DNA of 53,724 bases, counting the filler, from Sphacelaria rigidula (Eukaryota): the NCBI GenBank assembly GCA_964200075.2. It is 4 parts of 4 records of this genome, joined end to end, with 100 filler letters (N's around TTAATTAATTAA, not from the genome) between each part and the next. Parts side by side here need not be neighbours in the genome. Positions count along the whole stretch, not along the records: positions 1 to 13,357 come from CAXNAA020002940.1; 3 more parts are not named here. The stretch is one strand, 5' to 3'. Positions 1 to 12,809 of this stretch are shown here, piece after piece. Positions within the stretch are counted from its first letter, which is position 1. Each line of letters starts with the position of its first letter. Under the pieces are notes generated by a model. That model saw only the letters and a list, made by a program, of their open reading frames with translations. It was not told the origin of the DNA and made no database searches. A program made the translations under genes and the position numbers.

Positions 1-710
1 TCTCGTTGTGCTCGGCCTTTCCCATTCCGATTTACGTGAAGATTTTGCCTCCCAAAAGTATGCACTTTTTTGGGGGGGAGGCTATCGTAGAAAGTGTCAG
101 GTGTTTGATCCCACCCCTGTGGAGGGCCGGTGCTCCGTCTCGAAAGGGATGCGTGGTCAATGGTCAAAAGACTAAGGCAAGCAAGAAATGAGTACGCCCC
201 CTGTGGAGGGCCACGCACCCTCTGGAGGCGTTCAATTCCTCTGGAGGCTCGAAAAAATGACTGGAACAAATATTTTGGGGGGTAGCCAAATGGCCGCGTG
301 TGTATATAGACTACGTTGCTCGTAGCTTTCTGATGGCCTGTGTAAGCAACGCGCTTGATTGTCTCCGCCGTTGCACTTATGCAACTACTTTCAACTCAAA
401 CTTTCTATCGCGGTAGGGACTGTGCTATATATCTGAACGGTAACATGGTCCATACAGCTCTGAGCAGCTAGTGGGCACCCCCGAAGAGTGTTAGTTTCTT
501 CTGTAGATCCCGGATATTAGGGGTTAGTAAATCACACTGAACAAGACGGTTCATCCAATGAACAGTAACACGATCAGTATTTTTTAGAAGTAAGTGTCTA
601 ATTGGTTGCGCTGCCATGAAGAGGTGACGAGTCAGCTCAATGGTAACGCTAATCGAAATATGAGGCTGTGTGATTGGTGACGTTGGTTCCAGTCCGTACG
701 TACGACTGTT

Positions 711-1190
711 CTAGCTCCTTTTGTCGCTTTTGCCTTTTTTTGGCCTCCCTTTTACAGGCTGGGTCAGCTTCGAAACGGATTTGCAGGCTTTCACAGCCAT
801 AGAGCTATGCATCTCATCGACACAGACGAATCGTCGGCCCGTGATCCGTATAGTAGCTTTCGTCCATTCGAAGGGAAGATGCCACCTGCTCAAAAGCTGG
901 GGGCATTTTTTCTTGTTGATTAAACGCCATGTCGAGTATACTTTCCTATACCATACGGAGAAAGGCTCCATACTACAGTCTATATGAAACCCCGAACGAA
1001 ATACACAGCGGGTGATGGCAATTTTGGTGTAAACATTCCCTCGACGGAGCACGAAGGAACGATTGGTACCCTCAAAAATCACCTCATTAGTTATCCACCT
1101 AGAGATGTGGTGCACATAATATGCCATACTAAACGCAGAGTAGAGCAGATACACTAAATTCACCTCCTCTGGATTTTCGCGTCGTCGCAG
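711..1190 (-). pseudogene. Possible MULE/Mutator transposase C-terminal remnant
   Basis: Frameshifted SWIM-like CICS...YGILC..HHI near 1100-1155, followed by QPVKGRPKK (the typical post-SWIM GRPKK motif). Highly decayed. Confidence 0.3.
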
Positions 1191-1203
1191 TTTTGAGATT
1201 TAT

Positions 1204-2003
1204 TTGTTTCTTAGACCATCTTTTACGGCAACTAATCTCGATTTGTACAAATATTATGAGGATTTCAGCCCGTCTACGAGCCATTTTCTCCCGTGGATTG
1301 ATTCTTCGGACCCCAGCCCGTTGGGCAATGTTCTTCGGCTAGCTGTGAGCAAACCAGATCAATTCTCCAATTCTCTGAACGTTTACTTTTGGTATACCAC
1401 CTCTCTGCTCAAATCGGGAGACTCTCAACAATGTTTTCGTGAGATTGAGAGTAGAGCGCTGATTGAGAGCGGGTTCTATCATTCGCTGTTGTAACTGGGT
1501 AATTGTTTGTTCCGTGTGTGCTTTTTTTTCCCTGTATCACTGGCGTGTGCGTACAGCTGCACGTCGATATCCTACTCAGGGATATCAAGGGCTTCAGTGG
1601 CAAGCTACTACAGAGAGCAGATCGGGTCTCGTGGAGGGTCATTTCGGGACCGAAACGATCTATTCACTAATTGACCGCTTTTCACTCTCAATCGTATCCT
1701 CTACTCTCAATTTCACGAAAATATGGTTCCCCACATCTACCCCGATTAAAAACAAAATCGGGAAAAAATCGGGGGAGATGCGAGAGTCTCCCGATTTGAG
1801 CAGAGAGGTGGTAAACGAAAAGTAAACGTCCAGAGAATCGGAGAATTGACCTCGTTTGCTCACAGCTAGCCGAAGAATATCGCCCAACGGACTGGGGTCC
1901 GAAAAATCAATCCACGGGGGAGAAACTCGCCTGTAGACGGACTGAAGTCCTCATATTTGTAAAAATCGAGATTAGTTGCCATAAAAGATGGTCTTAGGGG
2001 AAG
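1204..2003. mobile_element. Foldback-type non-autonomous element with about 220-bp inverted arms
   Basis: 1208-1426 is a close reverse complement of about 1782-1998 (e.g. CCACCTCTCTGCTCAAATCGGGAGACTCTC / GAGAGTCTCCCGATTTGAGCAGAGAGGTGG). It encloses the MITE at 1427-1728. Confidence 0.75.
1427..1728. mobile_element. ~300-bp MITE, family A (TIR AACAATGTTTTCGTGAGATTGAGAGTAGAG)
   Basis: Imperfect ~30-bp TIRs. The internal core CACGTCGATATCCTACTC is shared with copies at about 9430-9700 (partial), 14199-14481 (inverted) and 21306-21624. Confidence 0.8.
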
Positions 2004-3290
2004 CGACCTAAAATATTGCTCGTATATCGATGGCTGATGTTTTCGACAAACTAACAAAAACGCTAACCCTACCCCTAACCCAGACCCAGGGCGTACGAGA
2101 CCCTCGGGCAAGGGGGGTGCACAGGTTCCCCTAGGCAAAGTCTACGCTGGCAGACCTGCAATCGACGCTGCAGGCACCGATTTCGACAAAACACGTTCTG
2201 GCCGAGCTGGGTCCACTGCTAACCTGCCCTAAACCATCCATTTTATCAGAGCTATCTCAAATCTCAAATCAAGTAGTCCTGTTGTCAACTACAGATATAC
2301 GACCAAAGCTTGAGGTCTACTGTATTGGGGGTGGACGAGACCGCACACCACGGCCGGAGAGTACATTTATATTTTCTTCAAAACATTTCGATGCATATGA
2401 GCATGTCCCCAAGGTTCATCCTCAAAAAGTCCGTCAGCATTTTGTAAATACTTGATAGAGGGGTACAAGAACGGATGAATATAGTGGGTGTTGCAGGTGT
2501 TGCGGGTGACATATTTTGTCGGAACACTCTACACGCTACTACTGTTGTAAGTTCATCATGAATCCCTTCCGGCATTGCCGGTTTGCACAAGCTACTAGAT
2601 GAAGTTTCGGATGTTGTTTTTTGTAACTTTCGTCGAGGGTTGTCGCAGGGGATGGCTTAGGGTGGGGGTCGTCTCCCATAACGACCATCAAATAAAGCCA
2701 AGGCAACCAACAGCAGCATGTGAGTTCTCCAGGATGATTCTACGGTTGGGGTGCACTTTTATGCCTAAACGTTTTCTGAGGCTGCACACTGAAGCCCAGA
2801 TGTTTGTCATCGAGAGGCTCCTAAAGTGCAAAGCCCTAGAAAAATAATTGTAAACCCCTACTGTGGAACCAGTCTCAAGCAAGTAGGCACTTAGAGCACG
2901 TGTTTGAGGGGTAACGTGCAGCGAACGCATGGATTGAGCGGGGGAAAACGTTGAGAAGGGAAAAGCAAATAGAAACACATATAGCCGAAACAAAAAATGT
3001 TTGTTTTCGACCCTCCGAGGAGGGGAGGGGGGGGTGTACTACTGATCATGCAGGCCATAGTCATATGACCATTGACCTCGCATCCATACAATACCGGGAT
3101 AGAGCACGCCCGGTTTCGCCGGACCAGGCTCGCAATCAATCGCCAAGCGCGAAGAGCCGTGGTGTGTTCGGCGAGTTGAATGAAGGGTGGGCTGCATCCT
3201 GCTAAGATTGTTCGGGCCGAGGCCTACTGAATATCTTGCATTTGGATAACAGCCTCCAATGAGTTGCTTTAATTTCTGATGTCACCACTT

Positions 3291-3562
3291 TGTGACGTTA
3301 GCCAGAAGAAGAACTGGTGCACCACTGCTGTCGAGGGACTCCCCGGTCTTACTGGCCTCAGTTTCAGTTGTTAGCCTTTAAAACGTCTCATTATTTCCGG
3401 AGTGCCCTTGTAGGCATAGCCTCCTAGATCCGCAGAGTATCATCCCAGAGTCCCCGGTCATTATCCAGAATCCTCCCAAGATCCTCCAGAATGCCCGTGT
3501 CCCTGGTCATTATCCAGATCATCACTACTAACTCAACGTGACGGCGTGATTTCGCCGTCACA
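3291..3562 (-). repeat. 3' LTR
   Basis: TG...CA termini; aligns along its length with 5473-5689, with a small internal expansion of ATCCTCC-like units. Confidence 0.88.
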
Positions 3563-3635
3563 GCACTCCCAAAGCGCGTTGGACGAAAATCGATCAACAA
3601 GCTTGACACATAGAAACGCCAAAACAATAAGCAAG

Positions 3636-5240
3636 TCACAACTGAATACCAAACTCATGCGTAATGCGAGCAGCAACGGTACGAGTCACGCGCAATTTGC
3701 GCAACTCCTTCGTGAGAAATTCCGGAGCGGCCTCAAAAATATCCTTGATAGGCTCCAACGCAAGCTCCTCAACTTCGAAACTAATCCAGTCGACCAACAC
3801 GATCAACGAACGATCGTCTGCTTCTGCCACTCGGACAATACCAGCCATCTGAAATTGCCCCTGATTGAAAGCGTGCTGGAACACGTCCGTAACGTCAGCC
3901 GTAACGTTAAGCTGCGAGTTTGCATAAAACGCAAACGAGTTACATGGGCGGTCTGAACACGGGCCGAAACAATGTTCCGGACCTCAAACACGTGTGGGTG
4001 GTGAGCACCAATCACTTTCCATGGGTCAGTCCACGTCGCCATCAACTTGGGCGTAACGCCTGGACCACGCACGCGTGCATACAAGACATAGTCGCCTACC
4101 TGAAAATTCGGCAGTTCTAGCCCCGACGAGGACCCCTCACGTCTACGCGCACGTTCAGTGGCAACATGTTCCTGCACTTGAACGTGGAAACGTTCTTGCA
4201 AGTCCAAGACTCCTTGCAATGCACTCTTAATTTGACCACCATCCAAAACATCGCAATTCCATTCCCCCGCCGACGAAGACGCCAACACTGAAAAAGACGT
4301 CCGAGGAGCACGACCGAACATCATGTGGTACGGCGTACTATCGTAACAACGGCGATACGCTATATTAAGTGCCCACCCACTCGGAGACCACTCTACGCTA
4401 CTCGAGAAGAATAGAGCGAAGAGCACGAACTACTTCCTTGACCATGCGTTCGCACGTACCGTTAGATCACGGAAGATACGCCACCGCAAACTGGTGATCA
4501 ACGCGCAAAGCCTCTCGCAATCGGGCCAAGATCGCATTCTTGAAATGCGTGGCGGTATCACTCACCAACACACGGGGGACCCCCAAGGTTTTGCACCAAT
4601 TCAGCAAAGATGCAGCGGTCGATTCAGCAGTACACCCTGCTACTGGTTTCAGAGCCACACAATTGCTCAAACCATCCATGATTACCAAAAGGTATCGAAA
4701 CCCAGCATCCTTCGACAAACCTTGGGAAGCTCGCCGGCCACTCTCGCCCACGAACAAGAAGTCAAAATGAACGACTTCATTCGGCGTGGTCCCATGGACC
4801 GTTTCGCATCACCCGCCCTCGAGTCAGCACAGTGAAGATACTGGCGGGCAAATTCGCGCACGTGAGTTTCTATCCCCTGCCAGACACAAAACTCTTGCAA
4901 GCGCATGAGCGTCGCAGCCACACCACGATGCCCGGCGTCGCGCATGTGCGCGCAAATTACCAGACGTACCTGCAACTGCTCGTCAGAACTCGGAATTCAC
5001 AAAACGTTTCGACCACACACATGCACGCGAAACAGACCTTCAATGCCCAAGATAGCAGTACCAATGTCCGACTCGAAAGATTGCACATCCGCATCTTCGG
5101 CCCCAAGTTCTTTTTGTTGCGCTTGGCGGACGACAGATTTGGACGGCATCAAGTCATCAGACACACAGCCACAGCGCGCACAGGCAAAGCCGGAATATTG
5201 ACCCAACGCGAGAGCAAGTCACCCCCCGCGTTACGGCCGT
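3636..5240 (-). pseudogene. Decayed pol 3' end: RNase H tail, HHCC zinc finger, integrase core, GPY/F region, chromodomain
   Basis: Frameshifted fragments: GDLLSRWV; AHMRDAGHRGVAAT...LHC; YLLVIMDGLS...GVPRVLVSDTATHFKN; TPYHMMFGRAPR; FQVGDYVL...KLMATWTDPWKV; LIVLVDWISFEVEELALEPIKDIFEAAPE (chromo-like). Confidence 0.85.
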
Positions 5241-5472
5241 TCGCAGGCCAGCGGACCGTCGCGAATTGCATACTTCACCCTTGCTCCGTCGCCGCACCAC
5301 ACAGTCGTGGGAGCCTCCAAACTCCCGCTGCACGCAGCTTCAGCAAGTCTCCAGCCTGGATCAATCACAGGCCAACTGCCTCTCCGCCGATCACCTCAGC
5401 TTGAACCCCTTCCACGCGTCCGTGGTATATCAGGTCGTCCCCAGCTACCAACTCTAGCACTGATATCAATAT

Positions 5473-5689
5473 TGTGACGCCAGCCAGAAGAACTGGTAGA
5501 TCACTGTTGTTGAGGGACTCCCCAGTCTCACTGGTCTCAGTTTCAGTTGTCAGCCTATACAATATGGTACTATTTCCGGAGTGCCCTCGTAGGCACAGCC
5601 TCCTAGATCCGCAGGGTATCATCCCAGTGTCCCCGTTCATTATCCATATCATCACTACTAACTCAGCGTGATGGCGTGATTTCGTCACA
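5473..5689 (-). repeat. 5' LTR
   Basis: TG...CA termini; adjacent PBS-like sequence at about 5457-5468. Confidence 0.88.
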
Positions 5690-6639
5690 ACTTCCAGAAA
5701 CAGTCGCGGGTTGCGCACAACTTCATGGGTGTCTCACCATATAAATACTGCGTAGTATTACCATCCTCTTTGCGCGGAATTGAGGTTTTCCCACCCCGCA
5801 CAGCATCATCTAGCTTGATCACCATCATTGTTACCACAAAAACCACGCAAGTGCGCAATTCCCCTCGGTAACCTGGTTCCCTAGCTACGCAGTGAGTGGC
5901 GTGTTTTACAGCGTCGTTGCCAACCGACGCCAACCCTATCGGGGGTCCGCCCCTACAAAGCCGGGACGGAGCACGCCGGGGGGATCGAAATTACTCACAA
6001 CGGTTGTTTAGTAATGCTTCTGCAGTACTCCATACCAAGGTTCAAGCGCAACTCTCAAAAATGAGCTGCTAAATCCTGATTGACGTTCAGATCCGTGGGT
6101 AGGTCTGGCCTAGCTGGGACATTTTTTCTTCTCTTTGTCGAATTGTCGCATTTTTGGTGCGTTCAGGACAGCATTGACTGACGAAGTTGGCTTTCTTACT
6201 GCGGGACACACGTGCTTGTTTTTTTACTCAGGGAGTATATGCTTTCTAGCAAAGTTTACCCCAACCCGTCGCCAAATCATATGGTTGAAAATTATTTGTT
6301 TCCAGTATAGACAATCGGGGTCGGATCTTTTGGGGCTGGTAGTTCCCGATGGATGCCAACCTTGCAACAGTCGTTTTTGCTGGAGCCGGCACCGCTGATA
6401 CCACTTCTGTAATATAACACTTTGCGTACACCGTCCTCCGCACACCCTCGTTGCCCGACAGTTATCATTAGATGCCTCGGGTCAAGGTCAAGGTTCAACA
6501 AACAGCAGTTAAATCAACCACGGGATTCGAAGACGATTTGTGGCAAACGCACCCTCGTTTTCTCTTTATGCCATACTGTACTGTATCGTACCGTACCGTA
6601 CCGTATATGCTACGCTACGCCGTCTGTTGCTGTGAGCAG

Positions 6640-6807
6640 ATGAAGAAGAAGAGTCACAAGAAGAAGGGCGTGGGGGGAGACGGAAGGCGACAGGTCACCA
6701 ACCTCCGAGACGCGCCGTATTCCCTCAAGGATGGAGACGTGGTGGGCGTGGAGGACAGGGAGGAGGACCCCATGGGACAGGCCGACCTCACACGAGCAGA
6801 GGACGAG
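6640..6807 (+). CDS. USP40: Internal exon of a USP40-like ubiquitin-specific protease (C-terminal region)
   Basis: Acceptor ...gagcag|ATG at 6640 and donor GAG|gtacga at 6808, both phase 0. Peptide MKKKSHKKK...TNLRDAPYSLKDGDVVGVEDREED resembles the USP40 C-terminal KKKK...APYYLKDGDTIGV motif (recognised from memory). Upstream exons were not found in the window. Confidence 0.75.
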
Positions 6808-6816
6808 GTACGAGGG

Positions 6817-6819
<3 letters not shown>

Positions 6820-6883
<64 letters not shown>
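6820..6883. repeat. (CA)n microsatellite in a USP40-like intron
   Basis: Uninterrupted CA run. Confidence 0.95.
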
Positions 6884-6885
<2 letters not shown>

Positions 6886-7248
6886 ATGCCCTTGCTCCGT
6901 TTCTCTTGTTGTTGTTGTTGTTAGTGTTGATGTTTCGTTTTTTCTTGGTTCTGTGTGGGTGTTTTGTTTGTTAACGCGCGACATACGTGATCTTGCCCCA
7001 ACTCGCGAATCAGGAATAAGATCTACGCAGGCACCGAAAGCACACGCAAGTGGGTTTCACGAATTTCGATGGTGTCGTTACGGTGACGGACTTTTCTCGT
7101 CCTTGGAGTACTGGAATGTCGCTGGCCTCTGTACCTCGTGACCTTGTGAAGCCGTTGTCGCCCCCGTATACCCACTGCTTTAAAGGCAACATCGCACACT
7201 TCGTTTTGTATGAAATGGGCGTTGCACGGGCGGCTTTATTTTTTTCAG

Positions 7249-7368
7249 GCGTACCGAGAGCAAGAAAAGGCGTTACCCCACAAGTCGGGCGGACCGAAGA
7301 GGCGAAGGAATAAGAAGGCGTCGCCTAACCGATCAGCCCCGGAGATCGGTCTCACGCTTGGCAGTGGG
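7249..7368 (+). CDS. USP40: Penultimate coding exon of the USP40-like gene
   Basis: tttttttcag|GCG acceptor and GGG|gtgagt donor, phase 0, in frame with the previous exon. AYREQEKALPHK...RSAPEIGLTLGSG resembles the USP40 terminal RAPETSLSIHVG motif. Confidence 0.75.
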
Positions 7369-7679
7369 GTGAGTCTACGACTTCGCCTGGGCAGGGATCC
7401 CTTTTTTTGTTATTTCGTGCGGTTCAGTCAGTGAGTGCCTGGCGGCCGTTGAAAGCATTTTTGGCGACTCCTGATATCACTTATTTTTGTACTTGGATGG
7501 GTTATATTTTTCACTTGTGTCATTGCGCTAGTGTAGTTCTGGTCCTTCGCGGCATAAAACCGGAAGATTCGGGGAACGTTTCCGTGTATTCGTGCGCTCA
7601 TGTTGTCACCCGAGACAGTAATCTTCGGTTGTCGTTGCCGTTACTCTTGTGTGTGTATTTTCGCGCGTGACTCTGACAG

Positions 7680-7769
7680 GATGATGACTCTTCCGACGAG
7701 GACGAGGACGACGACGACGACGACGACTGGGATGATGATGACGACGACTTGACGGACATTGCGCGTTGA
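7680..7769 (+). CDS. USP40: Terminal coding exon of the USP40-like gene (acidic tail)
   Basis: ctgacag|GAT acceptor, phase 0; encodes DDDSSDEDEDDDDDDDWDDDDDDLTDIAR with TGA at 7767-7769. Confidence 0.7.
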   Translation, partial: DDDSSDEDEDDDDDDDWDDDDDDLTDIAR

Positions 7770-9756
7770 TGGCCCTAATTTGAATGGCTTCTTCACAAAT
7801 TGGCTGTTTGGATTGAATTCTCACGTTTGTACGTTGGTCACCCGTGCGTCTTGTTCCAGTCCTCGATGGTTTTTATTCTTCGCTCTTCTGTGATTTGTTG
7901 GGTGCTGTTGGGACCCTTACCTGAGTGGTGGTCGTAGCTTCTCTCTGTCAGCAATCCTGTTTGCTCTCGTTGTCGGTGTAGGGCAAGTTGGAACATCGAA
8001 GTTGGGCTAGCGTTTTCGCTTGGACGTGTGAAACACGTGGGCTATGCTGATTGGCGGGCTCCAATATTGGCTGTTTTGGGCGTTGCGGCAAGAATTGAGG
8101 TCGAAAATGTGGTTGGTGCGCACCGATTGGTAAGAAGTAAACACGTTGTTGTTGGTGACGGTGCAGACTCTGTCTTGAGGCCGATGGCGAGTGCCTCTAC
8201 CAAATCCGTGCGTATGATGCTTTGATGGCGTTGATGGCCTACTCTCACTTTCGTGTACCCTATTACGTTGCGTTGCGTTGCTGCTGGTGTTCGAATCGTG
8301 AACTTGGTTGAATCGCAGCGTGTTTGTGTCCATTGGTCTGTACTATATATCTTTGTCACTGCTAGTAGTGGTTGGGTATGTGTCTCACTACACTCACTGT
8401 AGGGTAGCGGTGGAATGTACGTTAGTGGCCATCTGCTACTCAGGCACTGAAAGAAAAATAATGGTTGTACGGTAGAGGATGACCCGCTTGCTGTTTTGGA
8501 CTTCAAGCAACAAAAGTAGTTTGTCCGTATGTCTGTGCCGAACTTTATTCTCGGGGAGACTCAATGCTGTTCGAGTGTGTATTTACTAGCGCTCCAATGG
8601 ACGAAGTTTCACCACAATTCTGCCTCATGCGTTTGTCCCAAATGGCTGCTGTTGTTGCTGCTACCCCCACGATTATGGTTTAAAGTACCCATACACGTGT
8701 GAGTAGCATATTAGGGGACCTCAAGCAGGGCAACCTAGCGGCGAGGGAGGGATGCTATTATAGACGATATTTGTTGAGCACTCAATGGGCCTCGTCTTGC
8801 GCGATGCTGGGCTAGAGGTTGGCGTGGGTTCGCCTCCCCCCCCCCTCCCCCCCCCTCCCGAATCTTGTTGAGCGAGCGACTGTTTTGGTGCCACGTGAGC
8901 GTCGTTGTGGTTGCGATACTGCCGCCGAGCGTCGAGGGTTCTTCTATGCTTTCCTTGGTGGGCGGGTTGGTGGGGCGATTTCTGGTGTGGGAACGTACGA
9001 GCTGTGAAACTCGGTGCTCCGGGCGGTGCTGATCGATGGATCGATCAGTGTAATGTTCAACAGTTGAACTAAGATGCCAACAAACAGGAGATTTTGAAGA
9101 ATGAGAGCGAACCTTTAGTATGGACATGAAAAAAAGAGTTCAGAATTCTGGGAAATGGTATCCCTCGAAGGCACCTTTGAGGGAACTTTGAGGGAACGAC
9201 AACCCCTACCCTTGTGACATACAGACTGCTATGAACAGCATACCCGGAGTGAATAATACCGGTAGACGCCGCGGTCGGTCAGATAGAGGTGCGCCAGGTA
9301 AATATTTCCACAACCTCATGGACTCGGTTTTTTACCCTTCAAAGTGGAGGCCCCCAATGCGTTCAACCTCCCCTTCCATATAAATGAGGTGAAATCCGAA
9401 AATGAGGTTGGTGATGAACCCCTAGACGGCGAGAGTGAGTCTTGTTATTCGCTCTAACTTGATCAATTTTCACTTTGTGTGTGCATTTTTTTGCCTTTAA
9501 AACTGTATTATGCTTACAGCTACACGTCGATATCCTACTCAGCGATATCAAAAGTTTCAGTGACAAGCTACTACAGGAAGCGTGTCGGGCATCGTGTACG
9601 ACCAGGAGGGGCATTTCGGAACTGTAACTATTTCACCCAAAAAAATTGGCCGCTTCTCACTCTCAATCGCATCCAAGACTCTCAATCTCACGTGAACATC
9701 CGATGTTCATAGCTATACTAGAATTCCATGACCATTCTTTTGAATCCCCCGTTTAA

Positions 9757-10287
9757 CCTTCGACTGCCAGAGTGGGTTAGTGCTGAGTCGGCGTCGTTTT
9801 TTCCAGGGGTATACACGTTGCACGTGACACATTCGAAAAAACGTAACTTTGGGTCATTTAACGCTAGACAAGGTTTGATTTTCTCGATGGGATAAATGAA
9901 AGGTAACGTGATGTAACGTGTAGCCCTTCGCATGAACCCTAACATGGCGTTTTACTTTCCAAATGTGACGAAAATTCTGCTCGTTTTCGTGAATTTGTAA
10001 CGTGTCACTTGTCACGCCAAACATTCACAAAAACAGTTTATTTTTACATCTGAAAAATCCCAAGATACACTGCTGCTTCAAGGCCCACACGTTACAGTAC
10101 ATACATCATGTTACGTGACACTTGTCCCGTCCGAAAAATCAAACCTTTCGTAGTGTTAAATGGCCCAAAGGTTACCGTTTTCCCGTTTTTTTTAAATGTG
10201 TCACGTGTGTAACGTGTATATCCCTGTTTTTTTCTCCAAAATGACTTTCTAGTATGGCGCAGATGATCCACCCCGGCGGTCAAAGGG
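9757..10287. mobile_element. piggyBac-like non-autonomous element with internal ACGTGACAC/AACGTG motifs
   Basis: TTAA|CCTTCGACTGCC...GGCGGTCAAAGGG|TTAC imperfect TIRs, plus many dispersed (A)ACGTG(A/T)CAC motifs. Confidence 0.5.
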
Positions 10288-12809
10288 TTACGATTGTAGC
10301 GAACAACGAATGATCGAAATGTAATTTTCTGCGAGTTTGTGCGGAAACGGAGTGGACGGCACACACATGGTTCCACGTTCGTTCATGTCCTCATGGAAAG
10401 CCCCGTTCTCCACCCCTTCCCCCGTATTGATCGGTACTTTGCGCACCGGTAACGAGCAGGAAAAACGATTTGCGATGAAGAATTGTCGCGAAATCCTAGG
10501 CTAACCTGGGTTGACGCTTCTTTTAGTACTATATGCCCGATTAGCCGCCGGTGGGGAATTTTCGGGGATGCGGGGATGCGGGGAAACGCGGGACATGCAT
10601 TGATCGTTATTATTTTTAGTTTGATTTCTAAAACGGTTGAAACTTCCTCGAAGGGACCAATCGGGCGAGGAATCTTGCTGAGCCAGTGACATGGTGCTGT
10701 GTAGCCACTGAAAAAGAGGATGGGAGTGACTACTGTTGTGCAGGCATGTGATTCAACTCTCTCTTCACGCGCACGTGAGAGGCATATACACCGTAAATGT
10801 TTGAAATTTCTGAATAATGAAGTGCTACAAGGACCTTGACTCAGCATTCCAAGGATTTTGGCTGGTCATTTTCCACAAACCGTTACTCGGCGTGACCCTG
10901 AATCAGAGCGCAGCCTTGGCCCAACCGTACTCACTTGCCGCCACCATCTGGCATCTGTCCGAACACCAATCCCAGGTTAGTGCATGTTCTCCATGTCCTT
11001 CCGTAGGAGTTCCGTTGTACTGCGCTGCGTATCTATGTATCCAAGCCGAGCACTTTCAATGTAAACTCACAGGCAGGACGGAAACTGTGCTCATCGTATT
11101 GATCCATTATCTCATTAGTCCGGTGAAGGTCGCGTCGCACCGAGTCGATCTCAAGCGGTAAAACTCAAAACGATCCGCAGCTATGGGCTACATACACCAC
11201 AGTCGGAGCAGATTTTTCGCCAGTAGATGGCGTTCGGCATGTGTCTGATCGTTATGCTGACCGTGTGCACCGACTCCCCTCCGTACAGACAACTGGCTTC
11301 TGTTCCGTCCTGTTGTTACTCCAAAAATGCGGTGTGTTTTTCCCAGCTGTACAGAGGAGTCGAGCGCATCAAGGGACTTACGACACCATGGGTGGGCAAG
11401 CGGACTCACCTTTTGAAGACGATGGACACTTGCTGCTCATCACTTTGACCGTGACTGTGGTGTTCCAACTATGCTTTTTTGCGGTCGCCTTCAGCTGCAA
11501 GTTCGACAAGGTATGACATGATTAGTTCTACTGAACAAGAGCTTATGAGTGCTGTATGTTGACATGCTCGTTCTGCAGCAAGGGCCGGCAGTAAGGTACT
11601 TCACAAAGTAGGCGTGAAAGCATGAGTCAGCCACAGACGAGGATACTTCTTGCACAACAACTGCGGCGGTTCCTTTCTAGCATGTATACACGTGGAATCT
11701 GCCTGGGCGATGTGCGTTACTTTCGCTTCTTCGGGGCGAATGGCCGGTTAAACGACGGTCACGACACTGCTGTACTTGCTGTCGGCACTTTTGTAGGGAC
11801 GACCACAAGACAGATAACGCACGATATCATGGCGCCATCTATCTAGCCCTCGAAGAACGGACCCATCTGTGAAATTCTGCAGTGAACTCGCCCGTTTCCG
11901 AACATCAGTCAGGCGTTGTACGAACTATACGTGTGTAATCACCGCACGGCGTGCTCGCGGCTTTGAGTTCCACGAGATGAATGTCACGGCTGACATCAAC
12001 CATCGAACATTTTTCCACTCAGAGTATACATACTTCGTGTGTCTCAGTGGCCGTTAGTCTTGTTCCGTTACAGCGTCCTGGACTGACTGCGCATACGTAC
12101 GTGGACTCTGCAACGCCGAGTATCTTCCGTATTTTGTGGTAAACGTGACTCAACCCGACGAGAGGTGCCGTCTGAACATGTGACGCCTTCCTGGTGCCGA
12201 TCCCCGCTCCAGCCGATACGCTCGACACACGTGCTACTGTAGAATGTACATCATTAGTGCATATCGAGATTTGTTTCGCAGGGGTAACGCCGAGAATTAT
12301 CACTAGCTTTAGCCTGGCTTGCTGTACAGACAGTATATAATACCCCGGCTGCTCTGATCCAGGACGAGTACAAGCACAACCAGACACACAGCCCGTATAA
12401 TTTTGTCGCAAGACGCTGTTTCTGTGCGTCCAAAGCAGTTTTTTCTTGCGATACTCGCCATCGTGTTTCGCCTTAATGCTGAAAGCTCCTGGGAAGGTTG
12501 TGAGCCTGTTGATACACTAGCTGGTGTAGTCGATCCAGGGGTGATTCTCTGAACTCCATTCGCGCCGAGCGCCGCTTCAGCACATTTTTTCCGACTGACA
12601 GCCTCGCCTAATATTTTCTTGCGTTTTTTTCGGTGATAATGGGAGCCATACCAAAATTGACATGAACCGCAATTTGTTCTTCTTCTCGAAAGTCATACTC
12701 CGAGTATACCGTAGGTGGACTACGAGACTACAAAAACATGAAGAAGAATCTAACTCGGACCAAAACAGCGAGACTGTACTGTGGGAGTTTTGGGACGCAA
12801 ACAATCGGG

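Larger units (their letters stand above)
3291..5689 (-). mobile_element. Internally deleted Ty3/Gypsy (chromodomain-bearing) LTR retrotransposon
   Basis: Two direct repeats (3291-3562, 5473-5689), each TGTGACG...CGTCACA, with a 4-bp TSD ACTT on both sides. A PBS-like TGATATCAGTGC (near the iMet-tRNA PBS TGGTATCAGAGC) follows the 5' LTR on the minus strand, and purine-rich GGGAGTGC precedes the 3' LTR. Internal integrase and chromodomain remnants are present. Confidence 0.9.
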
